Assembly (NCBI RefSeq): GCF_001194135.2
Contig: NC_068998.1
Location: 46,935,268 to 46,985,535, forward strand
DNA length: 50,268 nucleotides
Direction: 5' to 3'
Origin: Octopus bimaculoides
Taxonomy: Eukaryota
The notes below the pieces were generated by a model. It made no database searches, was not told where the DNA came from, and worked only from the letters and a program-made list of their open reading frames with translations. This document shows positions 37,964 to 50,268 of the stretch, one piece after another (position 1 is the first letter of the stretch; every line of letters starts with the position of its first letter). The position numbers and the translations under genes are program-made.

Positions 37964-38102
37964 ACATCATCATCATCATCATCACCTTTATTATCATTAT
38001 TTTATTTTTTGCATTTCTTTGTTAAATATTTCCGTAATTTTGCAAAGCAGCCGGACAACAAAGAGTTTGGGAATTGTATAACACTTAGACGATTATATTA
38101 TG

Positions 38103-38297
38103 CAGCGGTTTCCCAAATTCATTATTCTCTTAATCCTTTGCATGTCCTGTGTATTACATGGAATACGATAGCCATATCTCCCTCGCACCCATGCATTTTA
38201 TATGTGATACACTTTCCCAATTTCTGACAAGTTTTTTTCAACTCCCTGAGTAACTTAGGACTTAGAAAAGGAAAGGTTATATATTTCTGAGAACCTA
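38103..38297. mobile_element. Possible hAT-type MITE remnant
   Basis: It starts cagcggtttcccaaa and has a weak inverted counterpart tttctgagaacctatg. Confidence 0.3.
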
Positions 38298-38989
38298 TGA
38301 AACATGGGCTAAATGAAAATCTGTAAACAGGCAAGGACGTTAAGGAGAAACTTATGAAAATGATTTTGACAAGGAAGTGTTAAAAGATCAAAGAATTAGG
38401 TATTGTATAAAATAATGGCATACGCCTTCCCATCGACGATATATATATTTATGTCACTTTTAGATAATCATATTTTTGCAGACTAAATAAGCAATAGATT
38501 CTTTCCTAATTCAACATTTCTTTAAACTTGTCAGAAAAATAATTCGCCATCAAAACATTCACATCTTCTATAACTTTATGTCTGCTGTAGCTAAGTTATT
38601 AACGTGAGCGACATTGTATTGTCATTAACATAAGCGACACGATAAACATTATAAGATAGTGTAAAGAGCATACAAAAATTGATATCCTTTTCATGTCTGG
38701 CGAAATAATTGGCGTCAAAATTCTTTGAGTGTTGATCTTATTCTGTCAACTTCGAAAGTTATTTGTTGTGTTTGTTGTGTTTCTGACATATTTATCTGGT
38801 AAACCACAAAAGTAGTTTCTGCTGTCGTCTAGATTATTTCCATTTTCCATTGTTGCTTCTGCACTTCTGGTTATCTTTTATCTTCAGATCTAGCCATCTT
38901 GTGCTGCTATTTTGCTTTAGCATATTTTCATTGGATATATGTGCGCATATTTATCTATGTATCTATCTATTTATCTTTCGATCTATCCA

Positions 38990-39715
38990 TCTATTCATCC
39001 AACCAGCCATTCATCTATCGATCCATTCATCTATCTATCCAGTCATCCGTGTATCCATCCATCTATATATCCATCTATCTACCTACCTATCTATTAATCT
39101 AACTATCTATCCACCCATGTATCCATCCATTTATCTATCTAGCCATTCATCTATCTATCTATATATTTGCCTACCTATTTATCTACCTATCTATGTATCC
39201 AGCCATCTATTCATCGGTATTTGTCTACCCATCTACCTAACCATCCATGTGTTTATTTATCTATCAAGCAGTCTATCTGTCTATCTACCTATTCATCTAC
39301 ATTACTATTCATCTATCTACCCACATATTTATCTATCTTTGTATCTATTTATATTTCTATCTATCAATCTATTCTTCCAGCCAGCTATTCATCTACCTAT
39401 TCATTGATCTATCTATACAGTCATTCGTGTATCCATCCATCTATATATCCATCTATCTACCTATCTATCTACCTATGTATCCATCCATTTATCTATCCAT
39501 CCATTCATCTATCAATATATCTACCTACCTACCTACCTACCTACCTACCTACCTACCTATCTACCTATCTATTTATTCATCCATCTATTCATCCATATCT
39601 ATCTATCCATCCATCTACCTATCCATCCATGTGTTTATTTATCTAAGCAGTCTATCTGTTTATCTATCTATTTATCTACGTTACTATTTATCTATCTACC
39701 CACATACTTGCAGGT
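38990..39715. repeat. (TATC/CATC/TACC)n compound satellite with a ~380-bp higher-order duplication
   Basis: Distinctive interruptions recur ~380 bp apart: gtgtatccatccatctatatatcc at 39049 and 39427; ccatccatgtgtttatttatcta at 39241 and 39623. Confidence 0.85.
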
Positions 39716-39884
39716 CTCTCTCTATATGTCAACCGCTGTGTCTATCTATATGCCTGCCTGTCTTTCAATATCTTAACTCAGTTCTTCAATTCTTTCTGGC
39801 TACATAATTAATACACACGTGTGCATGCCAATGTGTGCGTTTGCATACATGTGCATGTATGTGCACGTATATATGTGTATATAT

Positions 39885-40070
39885 TCTCACGTTGATCTGC
39901 GATCACTTCGACACCTGTGCACCTGTTCAGGTAACATCGATTTGATGGAGAGAGTGAGGTAATGCACAGCACATACATTTGATCACAATAAACGAATCAC
40001 TCGTGCAGGTCGTTCAGCAAAAAGCTGAATACTCATACGCGGTCTTCAACAGAAGAGTCCATCGTATACA
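39885..40070 (+). mobile_element. SINE family A 3' tail (variant 1)
   Basis: Similar to 2220-2400 (tgcgatca, cacctg, aggtaa..tcgatttgatgga, catttgatcac.ataaac). Confidence 0.7.
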
Positions 40071-40083
40071 TAAATACATACAT

Positions 40084-40122
<39 letters not shown>

Positions 40123-40781
40123 NNNNNNNNNNNNNNNNNNNNNNNNNNNNNNNNNNNNNNNNNNNNNNNNNNNNNNNNNNNNNNNNNNNNNNNNNNNNNN
40201 NNNNNNNNNNNNNNNNNNNNNNNNNNNNNNNNNNNNNNNNNNNNNNNNNNNNNNNNNNNNNNNNNNNNNNNNNNNNNNNNNNNNNNNNNNNNNNNNNNNN
40301 NNNNNNNNNNNNNNNNNNNNNNNNNNNNNNNNNNNNNNNNNNNNNNNNNNNNNNNNNNNNNNNNNNNNNNNNNNNNNNNNNNNNNNNNNNNNNNNNNNNN
40401 NNNNNNNNNNNNNNNNNNNNNNNNNNNNNNNNNNNNNNNNNNNNNNNNNNNNNNNNNNNNNNNNNNNNNNNNNNNNNNNNNNNNNNNNNNNNNNNNNNNN
40501 NNNNNNNNNNNNNNNNNNNNNNNNNNNNNNNNNNNNNNNNNNNNNNNNNNNNNNNNNNNNNNNNNATATATATACAACTGGGATAGCGGAAGATCGACAC
40601 ATGTACACACGTTATATATCTACAGATAAATACATGTATATTGTTCTATGTACATATCTTTTTATGTATGAAGGAATATATTTAACCAGTTCTTCTTCTC
40701 CATCTTCTCTTCCTCCTTCAGATGCACCTGATACTTATCGCTTTAATTTACTTCCTCTATCTCTGTTTGTTTCTCTCTCTT

Positions 40782-40835
<54 letters not shown>

Positions 40836-41606
40836 ATCTTCTTATTTTCCTCTCTTCTTTTACCTTCTTATCAGCAGAGGCTTTCAATTGTTCTAGATCC
40901 CAAATTGTATGTCATAAAATATGTATGCTGCTTGTGCTTTTGTGTCGTATGTAAGTCAATACGTACGCAAATCTGTAAATTTAAATGTGTCTACGTATGC
41001 TTGTGTGTGAATATACCAATGCAAGAATACGTTTCTATATGTAAGCTAATGACCACCGAAAGAGTTTTTATTTCCCGGTTGTAGCCATCGTCTTTCACCT
41101 GTGAATGATATTAGTCTGGTGAAGATAAATTGGCCAGACTACAACATCCTTATCCAGGCATGTTACGATGCATTTACAACAAGGAGAATATAATAAACAA
41201 CGATCTTACGTGATGAATTCCAGAAAGAAAACTGTTATAAGCCTTATTAATAAGCTGGTATGTATTCTCAGATAAACTTCGACACTTCATGCCATTCATG
41301 CATTATTTCCAATAAAGGAGATAATGAAAATATCTTTCACTGCAAACTAAAATCAGAATAATTTAAAAGCACCAAGATGTCGTTAATCATATTAAGAAAA
41401 CTGTTTGGTAACATCTTATTCAGCAGTCTCTGATGATGTGCCATGGTGACTTCGTGTGTGAGTATCTGTGTGTGAATAACATTATCAAAGCAATAATTGC
41501 AATTTTACTTTTGAGTCGAGAAATACTACAGCGAACCACATGACGTGAGATTTCACGTAAGGAAAATGAAAGTAGCTGCCAGTGTTAGATTTAGTGGACC
41601 AAATCA

Positions 41607-41645
<39 letters not shown>

Positions 41646-41847
41646 CATTAAATCATATTGTATTATATTCTATTGTATTCTATCAGTATCCAAAGAATGC
41701 ATATTATATAATAATCTATAAGTCTAAAATGTTATGAATACACGTTTATGCATGAAAGTAGATTTCTGTATAATTAAGTGAGTATGCACTAAGTAAAATG
41801 AGGTATTCAANNNNNNNNNNNNNNNNNNNNNNNNNNNNNNNNNNNNN

Positions 41848-41889
<42 letters not shown>

Positions 41890-41968
41890 TGTATTAATCT
41901 AAACGGTTAAGATTTTTATAATTCAGTTTATATATAATCTAAATTAACCGCTTGCATTATACATTGTG

Positions 41969-42000
<32 letters not shown>

Positions 42001-42194
42001 TGTGTGTATGTAGGTGTGCCTCTCCGTCTATGCATGTGTGAGCGGAGGCTTTCATATGCGCGTGTCTGTGAGTGTATATGTATATCCATAAACACGAAAA
42101 TAACGCGCTCTCGGATGAAAAAGATATCAAACATGAATTAGTATGCCAATATTTACATTCGTAACATAATGTAGACCAAAGGAATACAATAAAA

Positions 42195-43260
<1,066 letters not shown>

Positions 43261-43306
43261 GTGAAATCGTTACATTTGTTCTTCCTCAGTTTAAAATTGT
43301 TTGTTA

Positions 43307-43337
<31 letters not shown>

Positions 43338-43634
43338 CACCTTTAGTTTGCATGTTAAGAGAGTCTAATTTCTTCCCATCTATTAATATAGTTATCAATT
43401 GATGTTGTTGCTACTGTTGTAGTTGCTGTTGTTTTTGTTGTTATCGTTGTTATTGTTGGTGTTGGTCATGGAGTTGGTGATGGTGGTGGTGGTGGTGGTG
43501 ATTATTACTATTGTTGTTGTTCTTGTTGATGATCAGCAGAGAAATATCTTTTCCTGGTTGTTGCTGTTCTTTTGCCTTACTTATTTGCCTTGCCTATATA
43601 CATAAATATATATATATATATAAATATATATGTA

Positions 43635-43665
<31 letters not shown>

Positions 43666-44825
43666 NNNNNNNNNNNNNNNNNNNNNNNNNNNNNNNNNNN
43701 NNNNNNNNNNNNNNNNNNNNNNNNNNNNNNNNNNNNNNNNNNNNNNNNNNNNNNNNNNNNNNNNNNNNNNNNNNNNNNNNNNNNNNNNNNNNNNNNNNNN
43801 NNNNNNNNNNNNNNNNNNNNNNNNNNNNNNNNNNNNNNNNNNNNNNNNNNNNNNNNNNNNNNNNNNNNNNNNNNNNNNNNNNNNNNNNNNNNNNNNNNNN
43901 NNNNNNNNNNNNNNNNNNNNNNNNNNNNNNNNNNNNNNNNNNNNNNNNNNNNNNNNNNNNNNNNNNNNNNNNNNNNNNNNNNNNNNNNNNNNNNNNNNNN
44001 NNNNNNNNNNNNNNNNNNNNNNNNNNNNNNNNNNNNNNNNNNNNNNNNNNNNNNNNNNNNNNNNNNNNNNNNNNNNNNNNNNNNNNNNNNNNNNNNNNNN
44101 NNNNNNNNNNNNNNNNNNNNNNNNNNNNNNNNNNNNNNNNNNNNNNNNNNNNNNNNNNNNNNNNNNNNNNNNNNNNNNNNNNNNNNNNNNNNNNNNNNNN
44201 NNNNNNNNNNNNNNNNNNNNNNNNNNNNNNNNNNNNNNNNNNNNNNNNNNNNNNNNNNNNNNNNNNNNNNNNNNNNNNNNNNNNNNNNNNNNNNNNNNNN
44301 NNNNNNNNNNNNNNNNNNNNNNNNNNNNNNNNNNNNNNNNNNNNNNNNNNNNNNNNNNNNNNNNNNNNNNNNNNNNNNNNNNNNNNNNNNNNNNNNNNNN
44401 NNNNNNNNNNNNNNNNNNNNNNNNNNNNNNNNNNNNNNNNNNNNNNNNNNNNNTTTTTTTTTTTTTTTTGTTATCCCTTTGTACAAGTGTCAAAATCTTA
44501 TCTTTGCTATTTCTTTCACAATTTTTTGCTATTTTTCGCTTCTTTCGCAAAAATAGTTGACTATTAGAAAAATATCGTATTTTTACGATATAGATATAAA
44601 TATATTTATTTTCTTATTCTATTCTTCTTATATATTGCTATTTGCCTTTAATGCATTGCTTAACTCCACACACACATACATACACACACAGACACATAGA
44701 AACAGACCTATTCACATTCACACATAAGTACAAATACACACATATACAAACATGTATCTATACATGCTTGCTTAAACATATAAATACTCACTCGTGGATA
44801 AATGTATATTTACTTATACATATCT

Positions 44826-44973
<148 letters not shown>

Positions 44974-46294
44974 GTATATGTACAAATATTCATGCATACG
45001 TATATATACATATATATATGTATGCAGTGTATACTAGTACTTGATATACTCTGTGTGTATGTATACACATATATGTGTTTGTTTACTTAAAGTATGTTTA
45101 TATGCACGGACGTATGTGTAGGTGTATGTGAGAGGTCATGTTAAATTCTTTGTACTTCCCTTCTACTTCGCTTTTGCTTTCTATTGCCCCGCCCCTTACC
45201 TAAAGAACTATAATTGTTAATTAGTATATTTATGCATATATGTATGTATAAGCATATGTATGTATGCATATATGTATGTATAAGTATATGTGTTTATGTA
45301 TGTATATGTATGTATGTGTGTGTATATGTGAAACTGAGAAGAAATGGGAAGGGGAAGCAGTTAAATAAAAGAAAAAATTGTCACAATGTTGAATTGTTAA
45401 AAGTGAGATTAAAAATCTTACTGCTGAAGGGAATTCAATCGCCAACCTGCTTCAAGTAAGATGGCTTAAAAACAAGAAGACACCAAATAGCAACACCTGC
45501 CTATATCCCCGTGCTAATTATGCATACTTAATATACGCCTACAAAATATTCTTTCTTTAAATGCTTGCATCCAACAAAATAAACCAACAAGGAGAAGTGA
45601 GGGTGTGTTATTCAGAATTGACTGACAGATTCACTACTTACATTTAGATAAGTTGTTAAACAAATCAGAAATATTACACACCACTCAGGACACATTTTTG
45701 AAAAACCAGCAACCCAAAAATTGGTTGCCCAACAGAACTAGGTACTTATCTTTGATATTCTCAATAGCATTTATCTGCCTGCTAAGCAACTAAATAGACA
45801 ACTTGTCAAAAGTAATAGATTTTAATGTCAGACACATTAAAAGGTTACAAATGATTTTGAAAAGGTTGTTTGATTATGGTGTATTCACTGTAACAAAAAA
45901 AAGAAAAAGAAAAAAATGAAAGAAAATTATCATTTCTTCCCAATTTTTGTGAACGTGTACAATAACTTTATTCCTTTATACATTCTGTTAATTGTTATTC
46001 AATAAAATGTAATTAGTTGTACATAATGAAAATCATCCATATAATATATTTACATATAAAAAAAAATCATTAGTTTCACAAATTCTGGAAATTATGATCA
46101 ATTAATTATCGTATGTGGGAGACAATAAAAAGTAGCTTGTCATATTAATATTTGGAGGGGGGAGGATTTCTACATTGGTATCAGGTGATGAGTCTACAAC
46201 ATAGAAACTTTCAGAATGTGTTTATCTTGTATCATCAACATATGAAACTGAATTTTCAAGATGTTGAACAAATTAAATGTCTCTCAGTGAATCA

Positions 46295-46612
46295 GTGTGA
46301 AGGCACATGGCACAGTGGTTACAGCATTGGGCTCACAATCATATGAGGTAGTGAGTTCGATTCCTGGACCTGGCTGTGTGTTGTGTTTTTGAGCAAGACA
46401 CTTTATTTCACATTACTCCAGTTCACTCAGTTGTAAAAATGAGTTGCGATGTCACTGGTGCCAAGCCATATCAGCCTTTGCCATTCTCTTGGATAACATT
46501 GGTGACATGGAGAAGGGAGGCTGGTATGCATGAGCAAGTGTTGGTCTTCCATAAACAACCTCGCCTGGACTTGTGCCTTGGAAGGTAACTTTCTAGGTGC
46601 AATCCCATGGTC
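46295..46612 (+). mobile_element. SINE family A with tail variant 2, running into a 10-N gap
   Basis: tggcacagtggtt (box A) and gagttcgattcc (box B). The body matches the reverse copy at 35008-35290. Confidence 0.88.
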
Positions 46613-47339
46613 NNNNNNNNNNGGCTGTGTGCCTATGTATTTATACGTATATCTTCTTACAAATATGTGTATTAATGGATCACGAAATAGGTTCAGCTTG
46701 ATCTTTTCTTACACAACGGATATTACAATCACGGGTCTGAAACAAAGTGTCGACCATTTGTACTCTATTGTTCTATGGAAACTCAGCAAATGATCTTTCA
46801 TTCCCACCATGCTCTTATTTCGCAACCAGTAACATTTTATATATGTATTGATAATCTGTATGATCTGTCCAATGATCTTTATCCCAATACTGGATGTATT
46901 TGATATAAATTTCATAAACAAGGAAGAGTCAAACCTCTGAACTTTACAGCTTTTCCCAGACTGATTTTTATATACATGAAATTTTGGTTATCTCAGTCAA
47001 CAATGGCTGAATAATAGCATATGTGACAGCGTGTCAGCAGTGACACCTCGCGGATTTTAGGCGACGCATGGAGAACATTGAAAGAAAAATCTCCTTACAG
47101 TATCATGTTGGAAAAATTTTTAACTAAACAACATGGAGGCATACATTTCAATAACAGGATTATTTAAGAAATAAATATTTCAACTTGAGGAGCTAAAATG
47201 CTCTGCTATGATCATCACTGATTTACGTTTGTCTGTGATTCAATTCAACGAAATCCAGCCATATCTATGGCCCAATATTATTCCATACCCTAATGTTGCT
47301 GGTTGCTCAGCAAAATGTTTAGCAGTATTTAATTACGGC

Positions 47340-47480
47340 TCTTTAAGATCTGAATTCGTGGCCAACTGACAGTCGTCATTATAGGACCAATGAAATAAAG
47401 TACCACTCACATACTGAGGTCCATTTTATCGATTCTATTCTTCGTTCAAATTCGAGGCCTTGTGCCTATGTTATAAATCA
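47340..47480 (+). mobile_element. Degenerate SINE family C 3' part
   Basis: aataaagtaccactcacatactgaggtcc...atcgatt...aaattcgaggccttgtgcctat. Confidence 0.6.
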
Positions 47481-48120
47481 ATATTTATCTCACAGTACTA
47501 CACCCTATCGTCTTTGTTGAACCACTTTTTCTTCTTTTAATCCAACTTATATAACTTATAGTGTTTGTTTCTTTGTGCTTTTCATGGGGAGTTATCTTTT
47601 AGTTTTTCCTCAAATATGTCTGACATTCTACAACTACTGTCGCTTCTTTTTGTTTTGATTCTTGTCAAATCACATAAATCTCCTCATGTTATACCACGTC
47701 ACCTCCATTTAATAGTCAAGAGTGATCTCTTGGGGTTCTTTTTGACCCCAAACCTTTTATTGCTCATATATTCTGCCGTTCTGTCATCCATATTACATAT
47801 TGTTTCTCTCCCCACTACACAAACATACAGTACCTCTATTACTCTTCTGTTATCACCATCTAAGCCGTCACTTTAGGCAATGCTCTTCCATATTGTGTAG
47901 CCTATGTTATCCTTAAGCACTCGTTATCCTCTCATATTCCCATGTAATATACACAACCGAAATTTATTAACCCACACTTCTTTGTAATATTCTATTACCC
48001 CATAAGATTAAATTCTCCACCCTATAAACATTTTCTTTTCACTTTATGTAATATATACGATATAATATGTAGAATATAATATATATTTTCCCCAATGCTC
48101 ATGTTTTCAACATAACTCCA

Positions 48121-48545
48121 TCGGTCTGCCTACATCACTTCATGCCACTGAAACATCAAAGAGCGCAGTAAAGACGGGTTGAAATCTAAATGTATTCCAT
48201 CAAACGTACCTCAGAAAGATCTTGAGGATCAATATGCGGGACCGTGTCGCAAGCGAGGATATTCTAAGAAGACTGAGGTCATGACCACTGCAAAAGTTTT
48301 GGGCAGAGAGCTGATTCCACCTTGCTGGTCACATTCTTCATTTAGTTGATGAACGGCGCTTAAAAACCACCTGACAGCAAACGTAAAGAGGGTAGAACGA
48401 ATATTCCTTGGCAGCAGACATTTCAAGATGGTCTAATGGCAGTCAACATTACGTGGAGTGAATGTGCAAGAGAAGCAGCCGACCGGACCCGATGGAAGAG
48501 CTTTGAGGCCCAATGCACTGAACAGCACCGGGGGACCCTAGAGCT
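48121..48545 (+). mobile_element. Decayed 3' end of an RTE-type LINE ORF2
   Basis: GLPTSLHATETSK...NLNVFHQTYLRKILRINMRDRVASEDILRR...FHLAGHILHL / KEGR..IPWQQTFQDGL...ITWSE...AADRTRWKSFEAQC. This follows the RTE C-terminal pattern (LY.SETW, FH.R.LR.IL.I.W.D...N.EVL, GHI.R, GRP..W, A.DR..W). Confidence 0.8.
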
Positions 48546-49057
48546 AAAAATAAGCTCAATTAAAAACATGTCACCGCTTATCCTACGCTTCCAGATAACA
48601 TTCCATTACCCTCTATTGACCATGTTACATTTCTATACCCATTTGCTCCCCTTATTAATACACTGTCATACTCTAGGGTCCACCTTATCATCGTTATGCT
48701 TCTATTGTTATTCCTAAAGCAAACCTCTTTAACTTCTTTTTCCGTTCATTATTCAGTATTTTACCTCCTGTTGCCCACAGAGACCAACACCTGATGTCTT
48801 CCCAGGAAAGGAAGAATGGGGCTCGCTTCTTCAAAGAGACTTGAACACTTAAACCTTGACAATCTACAAAGGGAGCTATATTTATATGTGTGTGTACGTA
48901 TGTATGTATCTGTGTGCGGCTCTGTGTGCCTGTCTGTATATAAGTACCTGCCAGTGTGTGTATATGTGAGCGGAGATGAGGTGTGCATGATATATTTTAT
49001 ATGTATTTTGTGTATGTCTGTTTTGTATGCTTGTAGCTTTATTGCTTGTTTCAGTAC

Positions 49058-49102
<45 letters not shown>

Positions 49103-49863
49103 ATGTGTGCGTGCGTGTGTGTGCGTGCGTGCGCGCATCTGTATGAGTGTCTGTGTGTTACGATGCGTTCTATGTTTTTGTAAACACTTAGATTTAATTA
49201 CCTGCATAGCTGCATGTGTATGTGTGTTCGTCTTTAAATATATGAATGTGTTAAAGAGAAATGAGGGGAAGATATATGAAAAGAGGAAGGCCGGGCATGA
49301 AAAAAATCTGTGTGCGTGCGAGCGTACGTTTGCGTATATGTAGGTATTCATATATATATATATGTGTGTGTGAATGTTCTGTGTGTCCGTCTGCGAATGA
49401 GTGTGGTATATGAATACTCTTTCAAACTTTCTGACAGAATTTCGAGAGTACAGGTGTATGAATTCATAAACACAGCTGAAAATACAGACATTATATATAT
49501 ACAGAAAGAAGAATTAATTACATTAGTGTACGATGTACTGTTAGATGTCGTACAGATTCATAAAACTATTTCAACCAGTACATATTTCACTCTTAAGGGC
49601 ACCTCTAGTGTCTCATGTGCTGCAAATTGTACTACATCACGTACTTACATATGCAGTTTAAAGTTACGTTTAGTCAAGGCTAACAGAGTGGTACTTTTTG
49701 TGTAAGTTTGGTGCAACAGTGCACATGTACGCCTGTGGGTGTATTGATATGTGTATGTGTGTGCACGTATATTTGTACAATAGTATGTGTATGAGTGTGT
49801 GAGTGTGTGTACATACTGTGTAAAGGTATATGTGTGTGTGTCTGAGTGCGTATATATATGTAT

Positions 49864-49902
<39 letters not shown>

Positions 49903-50214
49903 NNNNNNNNNNNNNNNNNNNNNNNNNNNNNNNNNNNATATATATACGTACATATGTTCACACACATATATATATATATATACATAGACACATGAGCAAA
50001 TGCTTGTGTGTGTGTGTATGTATGTTTGTTGAATGTATTATGAGTGCATATTGTGAGGGTATATTGACATGTAAGCTTATTAATATTGATGTATATGCAT
50101 ATATAAATACTTTTAGAATTTTGAGCTTTTAATACTGTATATATTAGACCATGAGTCTATAGACATGGATGCGTGTTATATGTATGATGTATGTATGTAG
50201 GTAGGTATGTTTAC

Positions 50215-50268
<54 letters not shown>

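Noticed and set aside
47560-47990. Possible second RTE-like remnant on the minus strand (RLRW-like word)
   Set aside because: Only one short motif is recognisable among many stops.
49310-49705. 131-aa + strand ORF, and a minus-strand YTCTLEI...EYSYTT string resembling loop B
   Set aside because: The ORF begins in a TG repeat and has no recognisable domain. The minus-strand string has a multi-residue insertion versus the ESYxY motif and no donor site.

Overview
AT-rich, microsatellite-saturated animal genomic DNA with about 20 N-gaps, most of them beside (TA)n tracts. The repeat landscape (dense TA/CA/ATT/CAT microsatellites, tRNA-headed SINE families) suggests an octopus or other coleoid assembly; this is inference. 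The only host gene I can support is a + strand Cys-loop (pentameric ligand-gated) ion-channel subunit of the glycine-receptor/GluCl type. Four in-phase GT-AG exons (2492-2559, 3757-3983, 5303-5385, 6088-6225; 68/227/83/138 nt) encode most of the extracellular ligand-binding domain. The ORF track misses the 68-nt and 83-nt exons. I found no exon for the signal peptide or for TM1-TM4. The remaining ~44 kb is intron-like or intergenic. It holds ~29 SINE copies or fragments of three families (strongly + biased), a piggyBac-type MITE, an internally deleted mariner, hAT-like fragments, and decayed LINE pieces (Hero/RLE type, RTE type, possible APE). Nearly all other ORFs in the track are microsatellite or N-gap artefacts. 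I see no convincing new multi-gene system. The best leads are the channel's atypical agonist pocket, its missing membrane half, a ~100-nt hairpin, and the SINE insertion and orientation patterns.
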